This document shows, piece after piece, positions 10,883-21,635 of a stretch of DNA of 64,000 bases. The notes beneath the pieces were generated by a model. The model saw only the letters and a list, made by a program, of their open reading frames with translations, searched no databases and had not been told where the DNA came from. The stretch spans positions 1,209 to 65,208 of IMG/VR virus record IMGVR_UViG_3300012208_000003; one strand, 5' to 3'. The stretch comes from a virus. Its lineage: Duplodnaviria; Caudoviricetes. The translations under genes were made by a program, and so were the position numbers. Within the stretch, counting starts at the first letter, position 1. The number at the start of each line of letters is the position of its first letter.

Positions 10883-11415
10883 TGGACAAAAATTCTGAGG
10901 CCCGGTTGCTCGATCTTCATCCAAAGCTCGCGCAAAAAATCCGCACACTTGCAGAAACGCTCCTCCAGGAAGGAATCGAAATCCGCGTGACGCAGGGATT
11001 CCGGAGCTGGGCCCAGCAACATGCTCTGTGGCTACAAGGCCGGGCTCCGGTAGACGATGTGAATGCCTGCCGGCTCAATTGCGGGATGCAAATTATTCCT
11101 GAACATCAGAACCGGCGCGTCACAAAAGCCAATAGCGGACAATCGTGGCATTGCTACGGAATGGCAACAGACGTTGCACCATTCCGAAATGGCTTGCCAA
11201 TTTGGGACGAAACGGATCCCGCCTGGGCCCGCATCATTACGGTTGGAGAAGCCCTCGGAATGCGAAGCGGAACCTCCTGGGGCGACGAACCTCACCTAGA
11301 GCTAACGGGGAAATGGGGTCCCGTCCCTGGTCCGGAAGTTATCCAGCTCTATCAAGACGCCAATGTCAACGGCTCTGGCACCCAGGCCGTATGGGATGCC
11401 GCTGAGATTGCCTGA
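10879..11415 (+). CDS. endolysin, M15-family peptidase
   Basis: LHPKL..VTQGFRS..Q..LW.QGR, SWHCYGMATD, DEPHLEL zinc-peptidase motifs. Confidence 0.85.
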   Translation: MMDKNSEARLLDLHPKLAQKIRTLAETLLQEGIEIRVTQGFRSWAQQHALWLQGRAPVDDVNACRLNCGMQIIPEHQNRRVTKANSGQSWHCYGMATDVAPFRNGLPIWDETDPAWARIITVGEALGMRSGTSWGDEPHLELTGKWGPVPGPEVIQLYQDANVNGSGTQAVWDAAEIA

Positions 11416-11440
11416 TCTGTGGAAATCTCCCAAGCAAGGC

Positions 11441-11470
11441 TTGACATCCGCAATATATTATTATTATTAT
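11441..11470 (+). promoter_or_regulatory. sigma70-type promoter for the recombination operon
   Basis: TTGACA at 11441 followed by TATTAT repeats 15-18 nt downstream. Confidence 0.55.
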
Positions 11471-11479
11471 TCGCGAACC

Positions 11480-11626
11480 ATGAAACGTTTGGTTTGTTCA
11501 AAATGTGGCGCGCGTTGGGTCCCAAGAACCAAAAATCCAATTCAGTGTCCACGATGCAAATCTGTAAAGTGGAAAGGCGATGGTCATCATGGCCGAACAA
11601 GCAACCAAGAAAACAGCGGAACCTAA
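11480..11626 (+). CDS. small Zn-ribbon protein
   Basis: CSKC..W.PR...P.QCPRCKS..W directly after the promoter. Confidence 0.6.
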   Translation: MKRLVCSKCGARWVPRTKNPIQCPRCKSVKWKGDGHHGRTSNQENSGT

Positions 11627-12707
11627 AAAAACAGATAACCCTGTCGTAGCAATGATTCACCAGGCTAAGCCGAATCTGATTGCACGGCTGCCGCAAGGCA
11701 TTGACCGGGACCGTTTCTTTCTCGGCATCCTAACGGCGATCCAGAAAAGCAAAGCGAATTCAAAAGAGGGGCAAAGTTTAGCCGATTGCGATCCGAACAG
11801 CGTCTTGCTGGCCGCTTATGATGCGGCCGAAGTCGGCTGCAGCCTCAGTCCTTCATTGCAGCTCGGCTGGCTGATCAACTACGGCGGCCAAGCGCAGTTC
11901 CAGCCGTCCTACCGTTTCTTTATCCAGAAAGCTTACGAGACCGGGGAAGTGAAAACTTTCTATGCCGAGTGCGTGTATGCATGCGACAAATTCGAACGCC
12001 AATTCGCCCCTAAACGGAATCTATTTCACGCGCCAGGCGACGGCGAACGATCGAGAAAAACGATTATCGGCGCCTACTCCTTTATCGAATTTACCGATGG
12101 CACGGTCGATTGGGAATATCTTACGACCGAACAGATCGAACGGCATCGGAACCATTCAAAGCAACCCAACAGCATGAAATGGGTGGCCTTTTTTGAGGAA
12201 GGTTTCCGGATCACTCCGATCAGAGTAATTGCCAAGCGCTTGCCGCTCAAGAACCGCAATCTCGAAGGGCTGGTCGAAATCGTCAATCGCGACGCCGAGC
12301 GCGACCTCGATATCCCGATAGATCAAATCTTGGAGCCTTCCATCCCGCGCCGAGTATCTGAAACGCCTGCGGAAAAGACCGTCATCACCGCTGCAACTGA
12401 AGAGTCAGCAAGCGAAAAGGCCAAAGAAGAACCGAAGCCTGCCAGCAAAGAAGCGGAAACGGCTGCTGCTACTTCCGCTACAACGAATGCTGCACCGGCA
12501 GGTTCCATGTTCGCCGAAGGCGACCAAGACCCCTATGTAACGCCCGCGGAGATACAAGACTTCTGGAATAAAGCCTTTGGTGCCAACTGGAAGAAAAACG
12601 AAGTCGTCAAGTTCATCAAGGAAACTTACAAAGTTGAAGCGCTGAAGGACATGCGGAAATCACAGCTTGCCAGCGCGTTGGACAGCATCACGCAAGCGAG
12701 GGAATAG
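11589..12707 (+). CDS. recT: RecT-family ssDNA annealing protein
   Basis: LADCDPNSVLLA..GCSLSP.LQLGWLI.Y..AQFQPSYR, IIGAYS, low-complexity tail. Confidence 0.8.
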   Translation: MAEQATKKTAEPKKTDNPVVAMIHQAKPNLIARLPQGIDRDRFFLGILTAIQKSKANSKEGQSLADCDPNSVLLAAYDAAEVGCSLSPSLQLGWLINYGGQAQFQPSYRFFIQKAYETGEVKTFYAECVYACDKFERQFAPKRNLFHAPGDGERSRKTIIGAYSFIEFTDGTVDWEYLTTEQIERHRNHSKQPNSMKWVAFFEEGFRITPIRVIAKRLPLKNRNLEGLVEIVNRDAERDLDIPIDQILEPSIPRRVSETPAEKTVITAATEESASEKAKEEPKPASKEAETAAATSATTNAAPAGSMFAEGDQDPYVTPAEIQDFWNKAFGANWKKNEVVKFIKETYKVEALKDMRKSQLASALDSITQARE

Positions 12708-13370
12708 GTGCTGGCGCGGGGTTGCAATTTTGATGAGGCCACCCATGCCTACACCATGGATGGCCGGATCGTTCCAAGCTGCACTCGGGCTTTGGACCAC
12801 GCAGGGCTTATTAGTTACGAGATGGTGCGTAAAGAAATCCTTGAGCGCAAGTCCACAATTGGGACGCTCGTTCATCTTGGAAGCCACTACTACGATGAAG
12901 GAACGCTCGACTGGAAGTCTTTCAAAGAAGATAATCCTGCCGATCAGGATACCAAAGGCCGTATCGAGGCCTGGGCCAATTTCCGCAGCGATACCGGGTT
13001 TGTCCCACGTTTGATTGAAGAACCATACATTGCCACGATCAATGGCATGACGTATGGGCTAAAAATTGATCGCGAAGGATTGATGCGTGGGCAAGAAGCT
13101 ATCATTGAAATCAAGAATAGCGCGAACGTCGAACCCTTCTGGGCGATCCAGCTCGCCGGCTATGCGCTTGGCGTGCCGGACGGAAAGCATACTTCAGCAA
13201 GAGCTTTATTTGCGCGCCGGCGCCGCATCGCTGTTCAATTGTTCCCTGATGGACGGTATCGAAAGCATGACTTCACGGACTTCCAGGACGCTGAGATTTT
13301 CATTTCGACGCTCCATATAACGACCTGGAAATTAAATCACAGCAGCCCATTGCGGAAAATAGAGGAGTGA
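12708..13370 (+). CDS. PD-(D/E)XK exonuclease, RecT partner
   Basis: FDEATHAY..VPSCT, GTLVH, KIDR..IIEIK..QLAGY. Confidence 0.75.
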   Translation: MLARGCNFDEATHAYTMDGRIVPSCTRALDHAGLISYEMVRKEILERKSTIGTLVHLGSHYYDEGTLDWKSFKEDNPADQDTKGRIEAWANFRSDTGFVPRLIEEPYIATINGMTYGLKIDREGLMRGQEAIIEIKNSANVEPFWAIQLAGYALGVPDGKHTSARALFARRRRIAVQLFPDGRYRKHDFTDFQDAEIFISTLHITTWKLNHSSPLRKIEE

Positions 13371-14068
13371 TAATGGCCGACCAGATGCCTGTTGTTGTCT
13401 TTGATAGCAAAAAAGTTCAAGAAATACAGGCCAGCATTCCGAAACTCGTAGCCCAGGCCAAGGATTTCGAAGTACTGGCGAACAACGACGATTATCTGGC
13501 GAGTGGAAGTTTACTGGACGTCATTGTCGCGCGGCAGAAAAAGATTACCGAGTTTTTCGAAGAGCCCGCAAAGCAGGCCAACAGCGTCCATAAATTCATC
13601 ACCTCGTTGCGGGCGACATTGCTGATGCCATTACAACAGGCCGAAAACCTGATAAAGCGGAGCCGGTTAGACTTCCGTGCCGAAAAAGAACGCGAGAGAC
13701 TAGAGAAGGAAGAAGCCGACCGCAAAGCGGCCAAGGCCGAAGCGGAGCAGCAAGCTTTGCAGGAAGCCGCAAGGATGGAAGAAATCGGCGAAACCGAAGC
13801 CGCCAACACGATCATAGAACGAGCGGCAATTGCGCCACCGCCGCCCGTGATCGTTCCGAGCACCATCCCAAAAGAGCAAGGCCATTCTATCCGCAAGGTT
13901 TATAGATACCGGGTCATGAATCCAGCCCTCCACAAGAGAGAATTCTTGATCCTGGATGAATCAAAGGCTCAGGCCATCGTAACGAAGCTAGGTCCCGACG
14001 CCGCTGGCATCATCGGCGGAATCGAAGTATTCCAGGAAGAAGTTGAGACTGTCAGGAAAAGAGCATGA
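13367..14068 (+). CDS. coiled-coil phage protein
   Basis: 233 aa coiled coil, coupled to neighbours. Confidence 0.65.
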   Translation: MIMADQMPVVVFDSKKVQEIQASIPKLVAQAKDFEVLANNDDYLASGSLLDVIVARQKKITEFFEEPAKQANSVHKFITSLRATLLMPLQQAENLIKRSRLDFRAEKERERLEKEEADRKAAKAEAEQQALQEAARMEEIGETEAANTIIERAAIAPPPPVIVPSTIPKEQGHSIRKVYRYRVMNPALHKREFLILDESKAQAIVTKLGPDAAGIIGGIEVFQEEVETVRKRA

Positions 14069-14072
14069 GCAA

Positions 14073-14438
14073 ATGACCGAAGAAAAATGCCCTGAATGCT
14101 TTGGCTTTCGCGGATTGCCTAAAATTCTGCATGACCAGGAAGAGCCACGGGAATGCGCTAACGACTTTCACAAGTCCATGGCTCCAATTGTGGAATTCCC
14201 GACACCGGAGATTCAGCAACCGGAAGAAGTGCCGGCACAACCGGCCATGCAACAAACGATTCGCAAGCCAATTTGCCCCTACTGCGGCACGGACGGGAAA
14301 ATTTGCGGTTCGCTGACGGACCTCGGGCCGTTTAAAATCATGGTCGTAAGTTGTGGCAACAATGATTGCCGGAAATTCCTTGGAGTATTCCAACCGCTGG
14401 GGCTAGAAATGGTGCAAACGCCGGGAGTGACGCATTAA
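14073..14438 (+). CDS. Cys-rich hypothetical protein
   Basis: CPEC, CPYC, C...C motifs. Confidence 0.55.
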   Translation: MTEEKCPECFGFRGLPKILHDQEEPRECANDFHKSMAPIVEFPTPEIQQPEEVPAQPAMQQTIRKPICPYCGTDGKICGSLTDLGPFKIMVVSCGNNDCRKFLGVFQPLGLEMVQTPGVTH

Positions 14439-14447
14439 GAGGATTAT

Positions 14448-15101
14448 ATGGCCGTACGTGGCAAAGACATGTCGCCGCTGAATCCTGTCGATGATTTCTC
14501 GCAACCGACTACTGTCCCGGGTTCTCCTGCCGAAGAACAAGTCGGTGCAGAGTTTGAAGTTGGGCCTGCAGAGTTTGAAGTTGGGTCTGAGCCTGAACAG
14601 CCAGCGCTCGGATTAGAAGGTCCGCCACAGCCGGCCGAGCCCAAGGCTATTCGCAACGGCAAGATGCTTGCCCAATTCGTGCGGCCACATTTTGAGAAAG
14701 AAGAATCCGGGGATCGTTTCGTTGGATTTGAATTCGCATTTCCGCTAACCAAGGAACACGAAGAGAACGGGCATCTCCCGGCTGAAGTCCTGGCCGAATG
14801 GAAGCACATGCGCAAAGGCAATGTAAAGCGCACGGAAGTCGAGAGCGTCGCGCAACAGACGATTGCTGTCGGGCTTGTGCCCGATGATCCGGAGAACGAT
14901 CTGGTGCTTGTGGCAGCAATGATCGAGCATCCGGTTCTTGCTAGCATTGAAGAGAAAGGCTCGGGAAAGTTGCAAAAAGTCATTCGGTTTTCTTTCCGCG
15001 CGGTAGTTGACCAAGTGGAACAGATTGCGCGATTTGCCGTCGACCATCACGGCGATCCGGTTTGGATTAGCTTGCAAAGAGCACAAGACAATTTGTTCTG
15101 A
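14448..15101 (+). CDS. hypothetical protein
   Basis: 217 aa ORF with GAGG ribosome-binding site. Confidence 0.65.
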   Translation: MAVRGKDMSPLNPVDDFSQPTTVPGSPAEEQVGAEFEVGPAEFEVGSEPEQPALGLEGPPQPAEPKAIRNGKMLAQFVRPHFEKEESGDRFVGFEFAFPLTKEHEENGHLPAEVLAEWKHMRKGNVKRTEVESVAQQTIAVGLVPDDPENDLVLVAAMIEHPVLASIEEKGSGKLQKVIRFSFRAVVDQVEQIARFAVDHHGDPVWISLQRAQDNLF

Positions 15102-15166
15102 TAATGGTTTTCGATGATGTTGTTGGCGTGGCACGGAAGTAAAGGACTGGCGAGTCGCGATGCGTC

Positions 15167-17026
15167 GTGATAAGACGAGGCGCGGTTTTGCCGGCACGGA
15201 GGTCTGGAGCGGTGCATATTGTAATTGGAAAATCCGAGGGCAAGAACGTTTCCTTGGATGTAAAGGCACTGCTCCGGACCCATCTTCTAATTTGGGCGAG
15301 CACGGGAGGCGGAAAATCGTTTTTGATTCGTCGCATGGTTGAGCAATTGTTCGGGAAAACGCCAATTTTGATCATCGATCGCGAAGGCGAATTTCAAACC
15401 CTGCGCGAAAAATTTGGGTTCGTGCTCGTAGGACAAAATGGCGAAACGCCAGCCGATCCAAGGTCAGCCAAAATCGTAGCTGAGCGACTCCTCGAGATGC
15501 GCGCGTCGGCCGTGTGCGATCTATTCGAACTGAGCCATGAGGCACGTCATGAATGGGTAAGGAATTTTTATCTTGCACTGATCAATGCTCCGAAGCGACT
15601 TTGGGGACCCACAACAGTTTGGTTGGACGAGGCCCATTCCTTCGCTCCTGAGAAAGGGCAAGGTGAATCGATCGCCTACGGCGCCGTGACCGACTTCAAT
15701 GGCGTTGCCCGTAAACGAGGTTTTGGAAGCATCTTCGCCACACAACGCCTAGCCAAACTCAGCAAGAATGCCACAGCCGAAATGTACAACCAGGCAGCTG
15801 GTCCAACAGCGCAGCAATCCGATAGGGACCGTGCGGCCTACGAGATGGGCATTAGCGGGAAGGCGGCGGTGACGGAATTTTCTGACGCTTTACGTACGCT
15901 TGACCCTGGGAATTTCTTCTTTCAGGGCCGTGCTATTTCGATGGACAAGGTTCTCGTCAAGGTTGGTCCAATCCAGACTTCCCATGGAACTGAAACAACT
16001 GGCAAGGCCGCCGCCAAGGCACCGCCAACGCCAGAAGAAGTTAAGAAGATGCTGCCGAAACTAGCCGATCTTCCGAAAGTAGCCGAGGAGCGAGCCAGGA
16101 GTGAAGCCGATCTACGTAAAGAAATCCGCGAATTGAAGCAACAGTTGCGAGCCCAACCGGCCATGACAACAAAAGTTGTCACCGCCCACAAACCCATCAA
16201 AGCTTCCGCTGCGGAGATTCGCCATATACTTCAGGCAGAACTCGATCCATGGCGCAAATTCGCCCAGGATGTGCGTCGCCGGCTGGTTGACTCGATGGAA
16301 TTGATCAACAAGTTTGGCAGCATGTCGTTGGATTTCGCCAATAAGGCAGGTGACTACCTCAAAGAGTATGGCCCGATCCCCAACTATCCAGTTCTGCATC
16401 CTGACTTCAAGGCATTGAAAACAAAGGTGATTGCCCATGGAACCTTACCAGTATTACGCCATGACGAAAATCCTGTCGCGCATCGAACGGAAACTCAACC
16501 GCATCCAGCGCAACTTAACCGCGCGCGAGCAGCTCCGGGCGCTGGCGAGCGTTCCACATGGAACGGCGACCTCCCGCAAGGCGAGAAAGAAATCCTGATT
16601 GCCATTGCTCGCTATCAGGAAGGCGTCGAACGGAACCAACTCACCGTCCTAACTTCATATAAGCGATCGACCAGGGACGCTTATATTGCCAGGCTCAAGC
16701 CTAAAGGCCTGATCGAACTGCGCGGCGATCGGATCCTTGCGACCGAAGCCGGCATTGCAGCCCTGGGCAGCGACTATACGCCTCAACCTGCCACTGGCGA
16801 GGAATTGCAGCGATACTGGATGTCGGAACTTCCCGAGGGCGAGAAGAAAATCCTCCAATTGCTGATTGCTGCAGGCGGGGAGCCCGTAGACAGGGAGAAA
16901 TTGGACGAAGCCACGGGATTTGCCAGGTCCAGCAGGGATGCTTATCTAAGCCGCCTGGGTGCCAAACGCTTAGTGCATGCGATTGGCCGCGGTCAAGTGC
17001 AGGCTTCTCAAAGTTTGTTCACATAG
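15167..17026 (+). CDS. HerA/FtsK-like ATPase with duplicated C-terminal winged helix
   Basis: ASTGGGKS, IDREGEF, LDEAH, ARKRG..ATQR; two LP.GEK.IL...RS(T/S)RDAY repeats. Confidence 0.8.
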   Translation: MIRRGAVLPARRSGAVHIVIGKSEGKNVSLDVKALLRTHLLIWASTGGGKSFLIRRMVEQLFGKTPILIIDREGEFQTLREKFGFVLVGQNGETPADPRSAKIVAERLLEMRASAVCDLFELSHEARHEWVRNFYLALINAPKRLWGPTTVWLDEAHSFAPEKGQGESIAYGAVTDFNGVARKRGFGSIFATQRLAKLSKNATAEMYNQAAGPTAQQSDRDRAAYEMGISGKAAVTEFSDALRTLDPGNFFFQGRAISMDKVLVKVGPIQTSHGTETTGKAAAKAPPTPEEVKKMLPKLADLPKVAEERARSEADLRKEIRELKQQLRAQPAMTTKVVTAHKPIKASAAEIRHILQAELDPWRKFAQDVRRRLVDSMELINKFGSMSLDFANKAGDYLKEYGPIPNYPVLHPDFKALKTKVIAHGTLPVLRHDENPVAHRTETQPHPAQLNRARAAPGAGERSTWNGDLPQGEKEILIAIARYQEGVERNQLTVLTSYKRSTRDAYIARLKPKGLIELRGDRILATEAGIAALGSDYTPQPATGEELQRYWMSELPEGEKKILQLLIAAGGEPVDREKLDEATGFARSSRDAYLSRLGAKRLVHAIGRGQVQASQSLFT

Positions 17027-17239
17027 GAGGCAGTGCCGATGGGCGATTATAATCTTCAGGCCGGGACAAGGTTTTGGTGAGGTGACCACTCCTCTCCCGG
17101 CGGGAGAAGCTTCTCAGGCTACGCATGAGTTTGAAACCTCTACGTTAACGCCTGAAGGCCCGATCCGGGCCCACTGTCCTTGCGGACCGAAGGAGACTAT
17201 AGCAATGCCTTATCAAAAGCAAGCACTAGGGAGGACGAT

Positions 17240-17823
17240 GTGAGCGATTATAGTTTCCAGGCCGGAGACAAGGTATTGGTCAGTTCGTCGATCAGTAGCA
17301 TCGATGCTGAAACGGGCCGCGTACAGGTCAGTTTGATACCGGGCGTGACGATTGCCATGAACAAGAATGTTTTGATCCCCGCCAATCGCATCCTGGAACT
17401 GGAAGGACAAGTGGCTACCGTTGCAAAGGAAGCAGCTGCTCTTCAGAACGAACGCGATTACGCTCTTGCGGAATGGCACAAATGCGCGCAATTCGCAGAC
17501 AAGTGCCATGCTCTGCTCGATGAAACCGCGAAGGAATGCTTGGTGACGAAATCATTCGTTGAAAAAATAGAACAAGCGCGCCAGGGTGGCCCGCCAACGA
17601 CTTGGCTTGGAGAAAAGAGTTAGATATGGAAAAACAACTTATCCCCGAAGTAAGTATACAGCAACTGATCGACGCCGGGTTCAACGCTTTCGGGTTGCAA
17701 CTTTTCGCCGAATCCGTCGCCGGCAAGACGGATGCCAAGACGTTTGAGCCGTTCACGTTCAAGTTCCGGAATATCAAGATAACCCTAGCTCCGGATGGCG
17801 AAGTGGATACCAGCCATCACTGA
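17240..17823 (+). CDS. two small hypothetical proteins (17240..17623, 17626..17823)
   Basis: GGAGG-preceded GTG start and closely spaced downstream ORF. Confidence 0.5.
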
Positions 17824-17831
17824 TCAAAAAT

Positions 17832-18578
17832 ATGACCGAAGACCAACAGACGGAAATCCTGTATCGCTGCACGGTGGATGAAGCCGAGCAGAATCATGCC
17901 CAGATTGCCGCCAAGGCTGGCGCAATCCTCGCGCGGGATACCGATTCGCTTGCGCGGTCGGTAATCGATAGCCGCGAGACTCTGACTCTTGGTCTATATC
18001 CCTTGATTATGAGGAAGGAATTTGGCGACACGCTTTGCCTGCTGGCCTATGCCTGCGAACACCCGACGCGCAGAAAGAAGAGGACACCGATGGACGTCGA
18101 TGAAATGGTTGAAAAGTGGATCCCACTGATCCGAGAATTGGCCGTGGCCCACGATATCGACAAAAAGGATGCTGCCAGTGCAGCACTTGACGATCACCTA
18201 TTGCCGGTCATCGCCGCGCCAGTGGCGCAGATTCGCGAATTCTACAGAAAGCTGACCGCTGAACTGAAGGCGGATGAAACCATTCCTTGGGCAATTTGGC
18301 GCTTATTCGACTTCTGGGGATCTTCCGTTTTAGATAAAATTGGCGCAGAGCAGGAACTGCAACTCAAGACCGAAATCGCTAAACGCATCGCCGAGAATTC
18401 CATGGCATTGATTTCGCGGGAAGATTGGCTGAATTCCATGATCGGCGCGCTGCAATGGCGGTCGCCAGAAAAACTTGCTCAAATCGAGAAGAAACTCGAA
18501 GAAGGGCACAAACCGAAGATCAAGGGCCGGGAGTCCTGTTTATTCTTGGTGGTTGATGAATGCGAGGTGATGTTATGA
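17832..18578 (+). CDS. hypothetical protein
   Basis: 248 aa ORF in operon. Confidence 0.65.
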   Translation: MTEDQQTEILYRCTVDEAEQNHAQIAAKAGAILARDTDSLARSVIDSRETLTLGLYPLIMRKEFGDTLCLLAYACEHPTRRKKRTPMDVDEMVEKWIPLIRELAVAHDIDKKDAASAALDDHLLPVIAAPVAQIREFYRKLTAELKADETIPWAIWRLFDFWGSSVLDKIGAEQELQLKTEIAKRIAENSMALISREDWLNSMIGALQWRSPEKLAQIEKKLEEGHKPKIKGRESCLFLVVDECEVML

Positions 18579-18723
18579 AAAAACGAAAGGCTACACGATT
18601 CAAGAGTGGCATTTGCAGATTTTGTTCTTGCACTGAGTCCAACGCCTGCATCATCAACGGAATCGGTTGCCATTGGATCGACAAAGCCAGAACGATTTGC
18701 TCGGGATGCATCCAAAAACGCCC

Positions 18724-19110
18724 ATGAAGATTTATGAAGTCACGCGCAGCACTTCCGGCCAGATCGGCGTGCTCGTGAAAACCGGCAAAAGAAATGCAAC
18801 GCTTCTCAAGCATTGCGCTTTACATTCACCTACGGGCATGGAGACCGGTTACAACGGGAGTGGCCCAGGTGACCTATCGGCCTCGATCCTGGCCGATTAT
18901 TTCGGCGTCAGTCCCAAGCGCGTAATCAACGTATGGAAGAAATCTTGGGGTCTTGACGATAGCTTGGCTCTCAAAGTCATCCAGCTTCATCACCCGTTTA
19001 CGAGGCATTTCGTCTCCGCTCACCGGCTGGACCCAGGCGAATCGTATGAAATTTCCGACAGTGAAATCGCCATATGGTTAAATGATCAGCATGACTTTTC
19101 CGCCGCTTGA
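18724..19110 (+). CDS. hypothetical protein (DUF6166-like)
   Basis: HSPTGMETGYNGSGPGDL..IL motif. Confidence 0.55.
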   Translation: MKIYEVTRSTSGQIGVLVKTGKRNATLLKHCALHSPTGMETGYNGSGPGDLSASILADYFGVSPKRVINVWKKSWGLDDSLALKVIQLHHPFTRHFVSAHRLDPGESYEISDSEIAIWLNDQHDFSAA

Positions 19111-19582
19111 GCCTCCGCGCATATTGTTGCACGTCACGATTCCCGGCCAGCCGCATGTACAGCAACGCGCCAGGGTCAGCGGTACTATCTGGAGCAAAAA
19201 AGGCAAACGATTTGTCCCTCGTTTCTATGATCCGAACAGCGAAGAGAAGAAAACTTTCCAGTGGCAGTTGAAAGCTGCCTGCCCAACATTAAAACCGGAA
19301 CTTCATGCTCGCATCGGGATACGACTTGATATCTGGACCGCGAAACATAATGCGGCGAAAGAAGATTGCGACAATTTCCTAAAATTCGTAATGGACGCAT
19401 TATCGCCGCCGAAACCGAAACGCAAAAGAAAAAAGGGAGAACCACCGATCGATCTGAGCAAATACTTTGCCGCCTGGGGCAATGACAATCAAGTAGACGA
19501 AGCATATGTTCGGATCTGGCGCGGCGCACTGAACCCCAAAGTAGAGATATTCGTCTACGAACTTCCGGAAGGAGAATTTTAA
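19091..19582 (+). CDS. rusA: RusA-like Holliday junction resolvase
   Basis: IPGQP..QRAR, DCDNFLKFVMDAL, WGNDNQV. Confidence 0.8.
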   Translation: MTFPPLEPPRILLHVTIPGQPHVQQRARVSGTIWSKKGKRFVPRFYDPNSEEKKTFQWQLKAACPTLKPELHARIGIRLDIWTAKHNAAKEDCDNFLKFVMDALSPPKPKRKRKKGEPPIDLSKYFAAWGNDNQVDEAYVRIWRGALNPKVEIFVYELPEGEF

Positions 19583-20049
19583 TGCAGTCGCTGCAAATCC
19601 GTTTCGTTTCCGGCAAAGGCTGGGACAGCAAATTCATTGAATGGTGCTCAAGATGTATGTTTTCGCACGTTGAGCTGCTCTTCGGCGACCGCACATTCGG
19701 CGCACAACTGAAAGGCGGCGTTCGCTGGCGCAAAACCAATGACCATTGTTATCGAAAAGCAGTTGCGGCCGAGGTATGGCAAATACCGATCACGGACGAG
19801 CAACAAGCCTTGCTAAAGAAACTCATCGCCGACGCCGAAGGCGCGCCTTACGATTGGCTGGCGATCCTGTCATTCGCGCTCGGTTCTCATCGGTTTCATC
19901 TTGCCGGAGCATGGATTTGCTCGGGGTATTTGGCTGCGCTTATTGACTCGCTGAACCTATTTACCATGGTATTTGATCCGGAGAATTATTCTCCGCGGGA
20001 TGTTTATATGTTAGTGCCCAATATACCTGGAGCCACTAGACTCGCCTAG
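19582..20049 (+). CDS. permuted papain-like (YiiX-type) protein
   Basis: FSHVEL early; G.PYDW..WICS late; SPRD. Confidence 0.7.
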   Translation: MQSLQIRFVSGKGWDSKFIEWCSRCMFSHVELLFGDRTFGAQLKGGVRWRKTNDHCYRKAVAAEVWQIPITDEQQALLKKLIADAEGAPYDWLAILSFALGSHRFHLAGAWICSGYLAALIDSLNLFTMVFDPENYSPRDVYMLVPNIPGATRLA

Positions 20050-20088
20050 GAACTGGACGTACACTTTCAAACAGGAGAATCTCACGAC

Positions 20089-20685
20089 ATGTTAAGCCGC
20101 AAACACCTTACCAAAGGGGCCCTTGCTGTCGTATTGTCGTCCATGCTCGTTGTCAACGGCTGTTGGGTTAAGTCGCAGTGGATCCAGACTGCGATCAACG
20201 ATCTTCCGACGCTTATTCAAATTGTTACCTCTCTTATCAGCATCGCCAGTGCCGCGCAGGGAAAAGCGCAGATCGATGCTTCCATGGCCGCTCAGATTCA
20301 ATCAGTCGGGAGCCAGGTGCAATCCGATTTGCAGCTTCTGCAGAATCTTGTGAACACTTATCAATCGGCCGACGCTGCCACCAAGCCAGGATTATTGAAC
20401 AAAATCGATACCAGCCTTGCTACGGTTCAGACGAATTTGACGGGATTGCTAGCGGCTTTCCACGTGAACAATACTGCCCTGCAGGCCACGATCGCAGCCT
20501 CTATTAGCTTGGCCATGACAACTATTCTCGCGATCCAATCTCTCGTCCCGCCTCCTCCTGCGGCAACGGCGGCTCGCAGAGCTATTTCGGCAAGCCCCAT
20601 CAAGCCAATGTCGTCTCACGACTTGAAGGCGGCATTCAACGGCGTCGTCAATTCAAACGGTTATGGCCAGTTCGCCATCAACTAG
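20089..20685 (+). CDS. putative lipoprotein
   Basis: Basic N-terminus, hydrophobic stretch, VNGC lipobox-like motif. Confidence 0.6.
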   Translation: MLSRKHLTKGALAVVLSSMLVVNGCWVKSQWIQTAINDLPTLIQIVTSLISIASAAQGKAQIDASMAAQIQSVGSQVQSDLQLLQNLVNTYQSADAATKPGLLNKIDTSLATVQTNLTGLLAAFHVNNTALQATIAASISLAMTTILAIQSLVPPPPAATAARRAISASPIKPMSSHDLKAAFNGVVNSNGYGQFAIN

Positions 20686-20692
20686 GATAACG

Positions 20693-21478
20693 ATGCCACC
20701 ACTGAAAGTTTCTCCATCGGGACGGCGCTGGGGCTATTTACGCGATGTGCACGATCATCGGGATCTTGGCATTGCCAGTTTTCTAAATCTTGCACGCGAT
20801 CCGCATCCGCCGGCTGTTGACCTGGAATCTTTTTGCGGTCCCGTTCGCGATCAACAAAACTTGGGTTCTTGCACCGCTCATGCCGGGGTTGGTATGCGTG
20901 AATTCCTGGCGCGCAAGTATCAGTCGCAGACGCCTATCTTGTCGCCTTCATTCCTTTATTATCAGGAACGGCTGCTCGATGGCTCGCTCGATCAGGGCGA
21001 TTGCGGGTCGTACGGTCGTACCGTCTGCCGCGCGCTTAATCAGTTCGGCGTGTGCACTCTTGGTGAAGAACCTTACATCACGGCAGAGTTCGCGACAGCA
21101 CCTAACCAAACCCAACTTACCGATGGCCTCACCTGGAAAGGCGGCGCCTACCATCGCATCGCCAACGTGCAGGACATGAAATCCTGTCTTGCCAGCGGTT
21201 ATGTGTTTGCGATCGGCTTCACCGTTTATGAATCGTTCGAAGCTGTTCGTTCAGATGGCTTGTGGAATCCGGATACTAACGAGCAAATTATGGGCGGGCA
21301 CGAAGTTTTGGCAATCGGCTATAACGATTCTGTCAACGGTGGGTCGTTTAAAGTTCGCAATAGCTGGGGTCCTGGATGGGCATCCTCCGGAAATTTTTGG
21401 ATGCGCTATAAAGATGCTGCCAATCCCAATATTCTGCAAGATGCGTGGATTCTTCATCTCGGCAAGAGCTGGGGATAG
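20693..21478 (+). CDS. C1A papain-family cysteine peptidase
   Basis: RDQQNLGSCTA, GGHEVLAIGY, RNSWGPGWASSG. Confidence 0.9.
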   Translation: MPPLKVSPSGRRWGYLRDVHDHRDLGIASFLNLARDPHPPAVDLESFCGPVRDQQNLGSCTAHAGVGMREFLARKYQSQTPILSPSFLYYQERLLDGSLDQGDCGSYGRTVCRALNQFGVCTLGEEPYITAEFATAPNQTQLTDGLTWKGGAYHRIANVQDMKSCLASGYVFAIGFTVYESFEAVRSDGLWNPDTNEQIMGGHEVLAIGYNDSVNGGSFKVRNSWGPGWASSGNFWMRYKDAANPNILQDAWILHLGKSWG

Positions 21479-21635
21479 AACACCAAAACAAATGCATCGT
21501 TGACCGCCCAGCATATGCAGCATAGCCTGTTCATAAGGGACGGAAAGGCCGACTCCCTCCAGAGCACATCTTGAGAGAGAACATCCCGCTGGTTGGCAAC
21601 CGTCCCTCTCTGGAGAAAAATAAAGGAGAGTCTGC

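Noticed and set aside
14547-14585. Direct repeat GCAGAGTTTGAAGTTGGG x2
   Set aside because: In-frame AEFEVG duplication in a disordered region
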